Of a stretch of DNA of 49,438 bases, positions 26,831-34,751 are shown piece after piece; positions within the stretch are counted from its first letter, which is position 1, and every line of letters starts with the position of its first letter. The translations under genes were made by a program, and so were the position numbers. Source of the stretch: a virus (lineage: Duplodnaviria; Heunggongvirae; Uroviricota; Caudoviricetes); IMG/VR virus record IMGVR_UViG_2861048470_000005. One strand, 5' to 3'. The notes beneath the pieces were generated by a model that was given only the letters and a program-made list of their open reading frames with translations, ran no database searches and had not been told where the DNA came from.

Positions 26831-28419
26831 AACGAACGCCTGTCCTGATTGATGTGAACGGCGTTCCGCTTCGTGAGAGTCTCAGCTACAACGGGGGCGG
26901 TGCAGGATTTGGCGGGCAAATGGCTGAGTGGTTGCCACCGGCGCAGAGTGCCGATGCGGCCCTGCTACCCGCGTTGCGTCTGGGGAATGCCCGGGCAGAT
27001 GATCTGGTGCGCAATAACGGAATAGCGGCTAATGCGGTGGCTCTGCATAAGGATCACATTGTCGGGCATATGTTTCTGATCAGCTACCGTCCGAACTGGC
27101 GCTGGCTGGGGATGCGGGAGACCGCAGCAAAAAGCTTTGTCGATGAGGTGGAGGCGGCCTGGTCGGAATACGCCGAAGGGATGTTTGGCGAGATCGACGT
27201 GGAAGGAAAACGCACGTTCACGGAATTTATCCGTGAAGGTGTGGGCGTTCATGCGTTTAACGGCGAAATCTTTGTGCAGCCGGTCTGGGATACGGAAACC
27301 ACGCAGTTATTCCGTACGCGTTTTAAAGCCGTGAGTCCGAAACGGGTGGACACGCCTGGACACGGTATGGGGAACCGTTTTCTGCGGGCCGGTGTGGAGG
27401 TCGATCGATATGGCCGTGCCGTCGCGTACCATATTTGTGAGGACGATTTTCCGTTCTCTGGTAGTGGACGATGGGAACGGATCCCGCGTGAACTTCCCAC
27501 CGGGCGTCCGGCCATGCTGCATATTTTCGAGCCGGTGGAGGACGGGCAGACCCGTGGGGCTAATCAGTTTTACAGCGTCATGGAACGGCTGAAGATGCTC
27601 GATTCCCTGCAGGCAACACAGCTTCAGTCGGCCATAGTGAAGGCGATGTATGCAGCGACGATTGAAAGTGAACTTGATACCGAAAAGGCCTTTGAATATA
27701 TCGCCGGTGCGCCGCAGGGGCAGAAGGATAATCCGCTTATTAATATTCTGGATAAGTTCTCCACCTGGTATGACACGAATAGCGTGACGCTGGGCGGTGT
27801 CAAAATTCCGCACCTTTTCCCCGGTGATGATCTGAAACTTCAGACCGCGCAGGATTCAGACAATGGATTTTCGGCGCTTGAACAGGCGCTGCTGCGGTAT
27901 ATCGCCGCCGGTCTTGGCGTTTCCTACGAACAGTTGTCCCGTGATTACTCGAAGGTCAGTTATTCAAGTGCCCGCGCATCCGCCAATGAGTCGTGGCGCT
28001 ATTTTATGGGGCGGCGAAAATTTATTGCGTCCCGGCTGGCCACGCAGATGTTTTCCTGCTGGCTGGAAGAGGCACTTCTTCGGGGGATTATTCGTCCGCC
28101 ACGGGCACGTTTTGATTTTTATCAGGCGCGATCAGCCTGGTCACGGGCTGAGTGGATTGGAGCCGGAAGAATGGCCATTGACGGGCTCAAGGAGGTTCAG
28201 GAATCAGTGATGCGCATTGAGGCCGGACTGAGCACGTATGAGAAAGAGCTGGCGCTGATGGGCGAGGATTATCAGGACATTTTCCGCCAGCAGGTCAGGG
28301 AATCTGCAGAGCGGGAAAAAGCCGGACTCTCACGTCCGGTGTGGATAGCGCAGGCGTATCAGCAGCAGATAGCGGAGAGTCGCAGGCCGGAAGAGGAGAC
28401 AACACCACGTGAGACGTAA
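26827..28419 (+). CDS. Portal protein B
   Basis: 530-aa ORF in the lambda B position, of comparable length to lambda B (533 aa as recalled). Confidence 0.85.
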   Translation: MKRTPVLIDVNGVPLRESLSYNGGGAGFGGQMAEWLPPAQSADAALLPALRLGNARADDLVRNNGIAANAVALHKDHIVGHMFLISYRPNWRWLGMRETAAKSFVDEVEAAWSEYAEGMFGEIDVEGKRTFTEFIREGVGVHAFNGEIFVQPVWDTETTQLFRTRFKAVSPKRVDTPGHGMGNRFLRAGVEVDRYGRAVAYHICEDDFPFSGSGRWERIPRELPTGRPAMLHIFEPVEDGQTRGANQFYSVMERLKMLDSLQATQLQSAIVKAMYAATIESELDTEKAFEYIAGAPQGQKDNPLINILDKFSTWYDTNSVTLGGVKIPHLFPGDDLKLQTAQDSDNGFSALEQALLRYIAAGLGVSYEQLSRDYSKVSYSSARASANESWRYFMGRRKFIASRLATQMFSCWLEEALLRGIIRPPRARFDFYQARSAWSRAEWIGAGRMAIDGLKEVQESVMRIEAGLSTYEKELALMGEDYQDIFRQQVRESAEREKAGLSRPVWIAQAYQQQIAESRRPEEETTPRET

Positions 28420-29914
28420 TCTTTCACACATTATTGCCGCAGCATTCAATGAACCGCTGCTTCTGGAGCCCGCCTATGCGCGGGTTTTCTTTTGCGCGCT
28501 CGGGCGCGAGATGGGGGCAGCAAGTCTTTCGGTACCACAACAGCAGGTACAGCTTGATGCTCCCGGAATGCTGGCTGAAACGGACGAGTACATGGCCGGA
28601 GGTAAACGACCGGCCCGTGTTTACCGGGTGGTGAACGGTATTGCGGTACTGCCGGTGAGCGGCACGCTGGTGCACCGGCTGGGGGGGATGCGGCCATTTT
28701 CCGGAATGACTGGCTATGACGGCATTGTCGCCTGTCTTCAGCAGGCAATGGCAGATAGCCAGGTGCGGGGCATACTGCTGGACATTGACAGTCCGGGCGG
28801 GCAGGCCGCCGGCGCGTTTGACTGCGCTGACATGATTTACCGCCTCCGGCAGCAGAAGCCGGTCTGGGCACTGTGTAATGACACGGCCTGTTCTGCGGCC
28901 ATGCTGCTGGCGTCGGCCTGCTCCCGACGGCTGGTTACCCAGACATCCCGTATCGGTTCCATTGGCGTGATGATGAGCCATGTCAGCTATGCCGGTCATC
29001 TGGCGCAGGCCGGTGTGGATATCACGCTGATTTACTCAGGGGCGCACAAGGTGGATGGCAATCAGTTTGAAGCGTTGCCGGCAGAGGTTCGCCAGGACAT
29101 GCAGCAGCGGATTGATGCGGCGCGCCGGATGTTTGCCGAAAAAGTGGCGATGTTTACCGGTCTGTCTGTTGATGCAGTCACGGGAACAGAGGCCGCTGTT
29201 TTTGAAGGTCAGTCCGGCATTGAGGCCGGGCTGGCGGATGAATTAATCAATGCGTCGGATGCCATCAGTGTGATGGCCACGGCGCTGAACAGTAATGTCA
29301 GAGGAGGCACTATGCCGCAATTAACTGCAACGGAAGCCGCCGTGCAGGAGAACCAGCGAGTGATGGGGATCCTGACATGCCAGGAAGCGAAAGGACGTGA
29401 ACAGCTTGCCACGATGCTGGCAGGGCAACAGGGCATGAGCGTTGAACAGGCCCGGGCGATTCTGGCCGCGGCGGCACCGCAGCAGCCGGTGGCATCCGCG
29501 CAGAGTGAAGCCGATCGCATTATGGCGTGTGAAGAAGCGAACGGTCGTGAACAACTGGCGGCAACGCTGGCGGCGATGCCGGAGATGACGGTGGAAAAAG
29601 CCCGCCCGATCCTGGCGGCTGCACCACTGGCGGATGCCGGGCCCTCGCTTCGTGATCAGATCATGGCCCTGGATGAGGCAAAAGGGGCAGAAGCGCAGGC
29701 TGAAAAACTGGCGGCCTGCCCGGGAATGACCGTGGAGAACGCCCGGGCTGTGCTGGCTGCGGGATCAGGTAAGGCCGAACCGGTCTCTGCATCCACAACC
29801 GCCCTGTTTGAACATTTCATGGCGAATCATTCACCGGCAGCGGTGCGGGGTGGCGTGTCACAGACGTCAGCAGACGGTGATGCGGACGTGAAAATGCTCA
29901 TGGCCATGCCATGA
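28409..29914 (+). CDS. Head maturation protease C (S49/ClpP-like) with C-terminal scaffold (Nu3-like) region containing three tandem repeats
   Basis: 501-aa ORF in the lambda C position; C-terminal region has three ~40-aa repeats (QEAKGREQLATMLAGQQGMSVEQARAILAAA / EEANGREQLAATLAAMPEMTVEKARPILAAA / DEAKGAEAQAEKLAACPGMTVENARAVLAAG). Confidence 0.8.
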   Translation: MRRNLSHIIAAAFNEPLLLEPAYARVFFCALGREMGAASLSVPQQQVQLDAPGMLAETDEYMAGGKRPARVYRVVNGIAVLPVSGTLVHRLGGMRPFSGMTGYDGIVACLQQAMADSQVRGILLDIDSPGGQAAGAFDCADMIYRLRQQKPVWALCNDTACSAAMLLASACSRRLVTQTSRIGSIGVMMSHVSYAGHLAQAGVDITLIYSGAHKVDGNQFEALPAEVRQDMQQRIDAARRMFAEKVAMFTGLSVDAVTGTEAAVFEGQSGIEAGLADELINASDAISVMATALNSNVRGGTMPQLTATEAAVQENQRVMGILTCQEAKGREQLATMLAGQQGMSVEQARAILAAAAPQQPVASAQSEADRIMACEEANGREQLAATLAAMPEMTVEKARPILAAAPLADAGPSLRDQIMALDEAKGAEAQAEKLAACPGMTVENARAVLAAGSGKAEPVSASTTALFEHFMANHSPAAVRGGVSQTSADGDADVKMLMAMP

Positions 29915-29950
29915 AGTCAGTGCTGACCATCAATATGAGGTTTTAACAAA

Positions 29951-30298
29951 ATGGTGACGAAAACCATCACTGAACAGCGTGCGGAAGTACGTATTTTTGC
30001 CGGTAATGATCCGGCTCATACCGCCACAGGCAGCAGCGGGATTTCTTCTGCAACACCGGCTCTGACGCCCCTGATGCTGGATGAAGCCACCGGGAAACTG
30101 GTGGTCTGGGATGGACAGAAAGCCGGTAGTGCGGTTGGCATACTGGTACTGCCGCTTGAAGGCACAGAGACGGTGCTGACCTATTACAAGTCGGGGACCT
30201 TTGCGACGGAGGCAATCCGCTGGCCTGACAGTGTGGATGAACACAAAAAGGCAAATGCCTTTGCCGGCACAGCCCTGAGTCACGCGGCTCTGCCGTAA
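29951..30298 (+). CDS. Head decoration protein D
   Basis: 115-aa ORF resembling lambda gpD (...DPAHTATG...TPLMLD...KLVVWDG...VGIL...TYYKSGTF...AFAGTA...). Confidence 0.85.
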   Translation: MVTKTITEQRAEVRIFAGNDPAHTATGSSGISSATPALTPLMLDEATGKLVVWDGQKAGSAVGILVLPLEGTETVLTYYKSGTFATEAIRWPDSVDEHKKANAFAGTALSHAALP

Positions 30299-30355
30299 CA
30301 CGTTATCAGGCCACCATGGTGACCTGACTGATTTCTGAATGAAAGGAACTGATTT

Positions 30356-31384
30356 ATGGGATTGTTTACGACCCGCCAGTTACTCGGTTATACCGAACAA
30401 AAAGTGAAATTCCGTGCGCTGTTTCTGGAGCTGTTTTTCCGCCGTACGGTGAATTTCCACACCGAAGAGGTGATGCTGGACAAAATTACCGGAAAAACGC
30501 CGGTGGCGGCCTATGTCTCCCCGATCGTTGAAGGAAAAGTGCTTCGCCATCGCGGTGGTGAAACCCGCGTGTTACGTCCGGGCTACGTCAAGCCGAAACA
30601 CGAATTTAATTACCAGCAGGCGGTTGAGCGCCTTCCTGGTGAAGATCCGGCTCAGCTGAACGACCCGGCCTACCGTCGTCTGCGTATCATTACCGATAAC
30701 CTCAAACAGGAAGAGCACGCCATTGTCCAGGTGGAAGAAATGCAGGCGGTGAATGCCGTGCTGTATGGCAAATACACCATGGAAGGGGATCAGTTTGATA
30801 CTGTCGAGGTGGATTTCGGGCGCTCTGAAGGAAATAACATTGAGCAGGCTGACGGTAAAAAATGGTCTGAGCAGGACCGTGATACGTTTGATCCGACGCA
30901 TGATATTGACCTCTACTGCGATCAGGCCAGCGGCCTTGTGAATATCGCCATTATGGACGGTACGGTCTGGCGTCTGCTGAATGGCTTTAAGCTGTTCCGC
31001 GAAAAACTGGATACCCGTCGCGGCTCAAATTCACAACTCGAAACGGCAGTGAAAGATCTGGGCGCAGTGGTGTCCTTCAAGGGGTATTACGGCGATCTGG
31101 CCATTGTGGTGGCGAAAACGTCTTATGTGGCAGAGGACGGTACCGAAAAACGTTATCTGCCGGAGGGCATGCTGGTGTTGGGGAATACGGCGGCAGAGGG
31201 GATTCGTTGCTATGGTGCCATTAAGGATGCACAGGCGTTGTCTGAAGGAGTGGTGGCTTCTTCCCGTTACCCGAAACACTGGCTGACCGTGGGCGATCCG
31301 TCCTGTGAATTCACCATGACGCAGTCCGCTCCGCTGATGGTGCTGCCGGATCCGGATGAGTTTGTGGTGGTACAGGTGAAATAA
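30356..31384 (+). CDS. Major capsid protein E
   Basis: 342-aa ORF closely resembling lambda gpE (...YVSPIVEGKVLRHRGG...PGYVKPKHE...AQVEEMQAV...KYTM...LDTRRGSNS.LETAVKDLG...SAPLMVLPDPDEFV...). Confidence 0.9.
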   Translation: MGLFTTRQLLGYTEQKVKFRALFLELFFRRTVNFHTEEVMLDKITGKTPVAAYVSPIVEGKVLRHRGGETRVLRPGYVKPKHEFNYQQAVERLPGEDPAQLNDPAYRRLRIITDNLKQEEHAIVQVEEMQAVNAVLYGKYTMEGDQFDTVEVDFGRSEGNNIEQADGKKWSEQDRDTFDPTHDIDLYCDQASGLVNIAIMDGTVWRLLNGFKLFREKLDTRRGSNSQLETAVKDLGAVVSFKGYYGDLAIVVAKTSYVAEDGTEKRYLPEGMLVLGNTAAEGIRCYGAIKDAQALSEGVVASSRYPKHWLTVGDPSCEFTMTQSAPLMVLPDPDEFVVVQVK

Positions 31385-31391
31385 TCCGTGA

Positions 31392-31421
31392 GCGGGGGCG
31401 AAATGCCCCCGTGTCTTTTTT
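31392..31421 (+). terminator. Candidate intrinsic terminator/attenuator after the major capsid gene
   Basis: Hairpin GCGGGGGC-gaaat-GCCCCCG followed by TGTCTTTTTT, 8 nt after the E stop and upstream of the FI ribosome-binding site. Confidence 0.4.
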
Positions 31422-31435
31422 CACAGGAGGCTGAG

Positions 31436-31819
31436 ATGGCAACAAAAGAAGAAAATCTGAATCGTCTTCGTCAACTGGCTGACCTGCTGGGGCGCGAGGC
31501 GGATATGTCGGGGAGTGCTGCGGATATTGCTCAACGTGTGTCTGAGTGGGAAGAGGAGCTTGCTGTTTCCCCGGAGGGCATTATGCACTCTGATGAGAGC
31601 GGGGCTGATCAAAATCACACAGACGATGGTGAGCAGTTGAACAACACGGATGCTCCGGATGATGTTAAAGCCGTCCGGGTACGGAAGTGCCTGCAAGTAA
31701 TGGGGTATTGCCCGGAGACAGGTCGTCCCGTTGAGCTGGCGTTACGGGGTATGCGTGTTCTGGTGCCATCATCACTGGCAACGGCCATGATACAGCACGG
31801 AACGGCTGAATATGCGTGA
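31436..31819 (+). CDS. DNA packaging protein FI
   Basis: Start at MATKEENLNRLRQLADLL... preceded by CAGGAGG; lambda FI position between E and FII. Confidence 0.7.
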   Translation: MATKEENLNRLRQLADLLGREADMSGSAADIAQRVSEWEEELAVSPEGIMHSDESGADQNHTDDGEQLNNTDAPDDVKAVRVRKCLQVMGYCPETGRPVELALRGMRVLVPSSLATAMIQHGTAEYA

Positions 31820-32165
31820 TTTTCAGAATGCCTTTGATGCTGCCCTCGCCGGGGTAGACAGTACGATCGTTGAAGTGATGGGGCTCTGTGCGCAGTTCAC
31901 CTCGGGGGCACAGTGTGGCAGCGAAGTTCAGGGGGTTTTTGATGATCCGGAGTCGCTGGGGTTTGCCGGTGGCGGGGTCCGTATTGAAGGAAGCAGCCCG
32001 TCATTATTTGTGCGGACGGATACGGTTCGTGCCGTGCGGCGTGGTGACACGCTGACCATTAATGGTGAGATATTCTGGGTGGATCGTGTTTCTCCGGATG
32101 ACGGGGGCAGCTGTTATCTCTGGCTCAACCGTGGTCAACCACCCGCAGTTAACCGGCGACGATAA
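31812..32165 (+). CDS. Head-tail connector protein FII
   Basis: 117-aa ORF closely resembling lambda FII (...GVFDDPE...GVRIEGSSPSLFVRTD.VR..RRGDTLTI....FWVDRVSPDDGGSC.LWL.RG.PPAVNRRR). Confidence 0.85.
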   Translation: MRDFQNAFDAALAGVDSTIVEVMGLCAQFTSGAQCGSEVQGVFDDPESLGFAGGGVRIEGSSPSLFVRTDTVRAVRRGDTLTINGEIFWVDRVSPDDGGSCYLWLNRGQPPAVNRRR

Positions 32166-32180
32166 ACGCAGGGTGAAATT

Positions 32181-32714
32181 ATGGCGATAAAAGGGCTTGA
32201 TCAGGCGATTGACAATCTGAGCCGGGTTCGTAAAAACGCCATTCCGGCGGCTTCAGCAATGGCCATTAACCGCGTGGCCACAACGGCGATTAATCAGTCT
32301 TCATCACAGGTTGCCCGGGAGACAAAGATTCGCCGGAAACTGGTTAAGGAACGGTCCAGACTGAAACGGGCGACGGTCAGAAATCCGAATGCCAGAATTA
32401 TCGTTAACCGCGGTGATCTCCCTGTGATTAAGCTGGGGATCAGGATGCTGGGGCGTCGCCCGAACAGCATACTTAAAGCCGGTCAGCATCGGTATCAGCG
32501 GGCATTTATTCAGCGATTAAAAAATGGTCGCTGGCATGTCATGCAGCGTGTGGCCGGGAAAAACCGTTACCCCATTGATGTGGTGAAAATCCCGATGGCG
32601 GCCCCACTGAAACAGGCATTTGATGAGAATGTTGACCGTATCCGGCGTGAACGCCTGCCTAAAGAACTGGCATACGCGCTGAAACAACAACTGAGGATTG
32701 CAATAAAACGATGA
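32181..32714 (+). CDS. Tail completion protein Z
   Basis: 177-aa ORF resembling lambda gpZ (MAIKGL.QA..NLSR...ARETK.RRKLVKER.RLKRATV.NP.ARI.VNRGDLPVIKLG...). Confidence 0.85.
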   Translation: MAIKGLDQAIDNLSRVRKNAIPAASAMAINRVATTAINQSSSQVARETKIRRKLVKERSRLKRATVRNPNARIIVNRGDLPVIKLGIRMLGRRPNSILKAGQHRYQRAFIQRLKNGRWHVMQRVAGKNRYPIDVVKIPMAAPLKQAFDENVDRIRRERLPKELAYALKQQLRIAIKR

Positions 32715-33106
32715 AACACACTGACATTCGTGCCGCAGTGCTGGATGCACTCGAGCAGCATGAACACGGGGCGACGCTGTTTGATGGTCGCCCCGTTGTT
32801 TTTGACGAAGAGGATTTTCCTGCGATCGCGGTTTATCTGACGGATGCAGAGTATACCGGTGAAGAGCTGGATGCAGATACCTGGCGGGCCACGCTGCATA
32901 TTGAGGTGTTTTTACCGGCACAGGTACCGGATTCAGAGCTTGATCAGTGGATGGAAAGCCGGATTTACCCGGCGATGACCGCGATCCCGGCACTGGCAGG
33001 ACTGATTACCACGATGGTTACGCAGGGCTATGAGTATCGTCGTGATGACGATATGGCGTTATGGAGTTCTGCAGATCTGACTTATTCCATTACATACGAG
33101 ATGTGA
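32711..33106 (+). CDS. Tail terminator protein U
   Basis: 131-aa ORF closely resembling lambda gpU ([47 protein letters not shown]...[25 protein letters not shown]...). Confidence 0.9.
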   Translation: MKHTDIRAAVLDALEQHEHGATLFDGRPVVFDEEDFPAIAVYLTDAEYTGEELDADTWRATLHIEVFLPAQVPDSELDQWMESRIYPAMTAIPALAGLITTMVTQGYEYRRDDDMALWSSADLTYSITYEM

Positions 33107-33113
33107 GGACGAT

Positions 33114-33866
33114 ATGGCAACACCAAATCCCCTTGAGCCGGTAAAAGGTGCCGGTACCACTCTGTGGGTTTACAACGGCAAGGGTGATGCTTATGCAAAC
33201 CCGTTGTCAGACGATGACTGGCAGCGACTGGCTAAGGTGAAGGATCTGACGCCGGGCGAGATGACGGCAGAATCCTACGATGATAACTACCTGGATGATG
33301 AAGACGCGGACTGGACCGCGACCGGGCAGGGGCAGAAATCTGCAGGTGATACCAGTTTTACGCTGGCCTGGAAACCGGGAGAGGAAGGCCAGAAAGGGCT
33401 TATAGGCTGGTTTGAAAGCGGCGATGTCCGGGCCTATAAAATCCGTTTTCCGAATGGCACGGTGGATGTGTTTCGTGGCTGGGTCAGCAGTATCGGTAAG
33501 GCCGTGACGGCGAAAGAAGTGATCACCCGCACGGTGAAAGTCACTAACGTGGGTAAACCTTCTGTAGCGGAAGAACGCAGCAAAATTACGCCGGTCAGTG
33601 CGATTAAGGTGACGCCGACATCCGGTACGGTGGCAAAAGGGAAAACAACCACCCTGACGGTTTCTTTTGAGCCGGAAAGTGCAACCGACAAGACGTTCAG
33701 AGCGGTTTCCGCCGATCCGTCGAAAGCCACCATTAGTGTGAAAGATATGACAATTACGGTAAACGGCGTGGCGACAGGTAAGGTGCAGATCCCTGTGGTG
33801 AGCGGAAATGGTCAGTTCGCCGCAGTGGCTGAAGTCACCGTTACTGAAGCGGGCGCTGCAGGGTAA
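33114..33866 (+). CDS. Major tail protein V (with C-terminal Ig-like domain)
   Basis: 250-aa ORF closely resembling lambda gpV (...[73 protein letters not shown]...[40 protein letters not shown]...). Confidence 0.9.
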   Translation: MATPNPLEPVKGAGTTLWVYNGKGDAYANPLSDDDWQRLAKVKDLTPGEMTAESYDDNYLDDEDADWTATGQGQKSAGDTSFTLAWKPGEEGQKGLIGWFESGDVRAYKIRFPNGTVDVFRGWVSSIGKAVTAKEVITRTVKVTNVGKPSVAEERSKITPVSAIKVTPTSGTVAKGKTTTLTVSFEPESATDKTFRAVSADPSKATISVKDMTITVNGVATGKVQIPVVSGNGQFAAVAEVTVTEAGAAG

Positions 33867-33879
33867 ACGGAGGTAATAC

Positions 33880-34311
33880 ATGTTTCTGAAAACAGAACAA
33901 TTTGAATATAACGGTGTGTCTGTCACGCTTTCCGAATTGTCTGCGCTGCAGCGTATCGAGCATCTTGCCCTCCTGAAACGGCGTGCAGAACAGGCAGAAT
34001 CCTGCGGCAACCTGCAGGTAAGCGTGGAAGATCTCGTCAGAACCGGCGCGTTTCTGGTGGCGATGTCCCTGTGGCATAACCATCCACAGAAAACGCAGTC
34101 ACCGTCAATGAATGAGGCCGTGATGAAGATAGAGCAGGAAGTGCTCACCACCTGGCCTGCCGATGCCATTGCCCGGGCGGAAGACGTGGTGTTGTGCCTG
34201 TCCGGGATGATCGAAGCTGTTCGTCCGGATACTGATATTACTGAAGTGGCGAAAAATAACACGCTGACTGATGATGATTTTTCTGCGGGAAAGTCTTCGA
34301 CGGCGAGCTGA
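33880..34311 (+). CDS. Tail assembly chaperone G
   Basis: 143-aa ORF in the lambda G position, ending just after a GGGAAAG slippery heptamer. Confidence 0.8.
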   Translation: MFLKTEQFEYNGVSVTLSELSALQRIEHLALLKRRAEQAESCGNLQVSVEDLVRTGAFLVAMSLWHNHPQKTQSPSMNEAVMKIEQEVLTTWPADAIARAEDVVLCLSGMIEAVRPDTDITEVAKNNTLTDDDFSAGKSSTAS

Positions 34312-34751
34312 ACTTTGCCCTCAGACTGGCGCGTGAGATGGGGAGACCCGACTGGCGCGCCATGCTTGCCGGGATGACATCCACCGAATATGCCGACTGG
34401 CACCGTTTTTACCGCACGCATTATTTTCAGGATACCCAGCTGGATATGCATTTTTCCGGGCTGACGTACGCTGTACTCAGCCTGTTTTTTTGCGATCCGG
34501 ATATGCATCCCTCTGATTTCAGTCTGCTTGTCCCCCGGCATGAGGAAGAGCAGGTGGAGAGGCCGGATGAGGACAAAATGCTGATGCAGAAAGCGGCAGG
34601 ACTTGCCGGAGGCGTCCGGTTCGGTGGGGACGGAGGGCGCGATATTTTATCGTCTGCGGATGTGGCGGATGTCATGGTGGATGATGCCGCATTAATGATG
34701 GCTTCAGCGGGGATTCCGGGAGGTGTGAGATATGTCCCAGCCGGTTGGTGA
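33880..34751 (+). CDS. Tail assembly chaperone G-T fusion (programmed -1 ribosomal frameshift product)
   Basis: Slippery heptamer G_GGA_AAG at 34287-34293 in the G frame. The -1 frame continues open through the T-like ORF (34338..34751, MGRPDWRAMLAGMTSTEYADW...), as in lambda G/GT. Confidence 0.7.
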
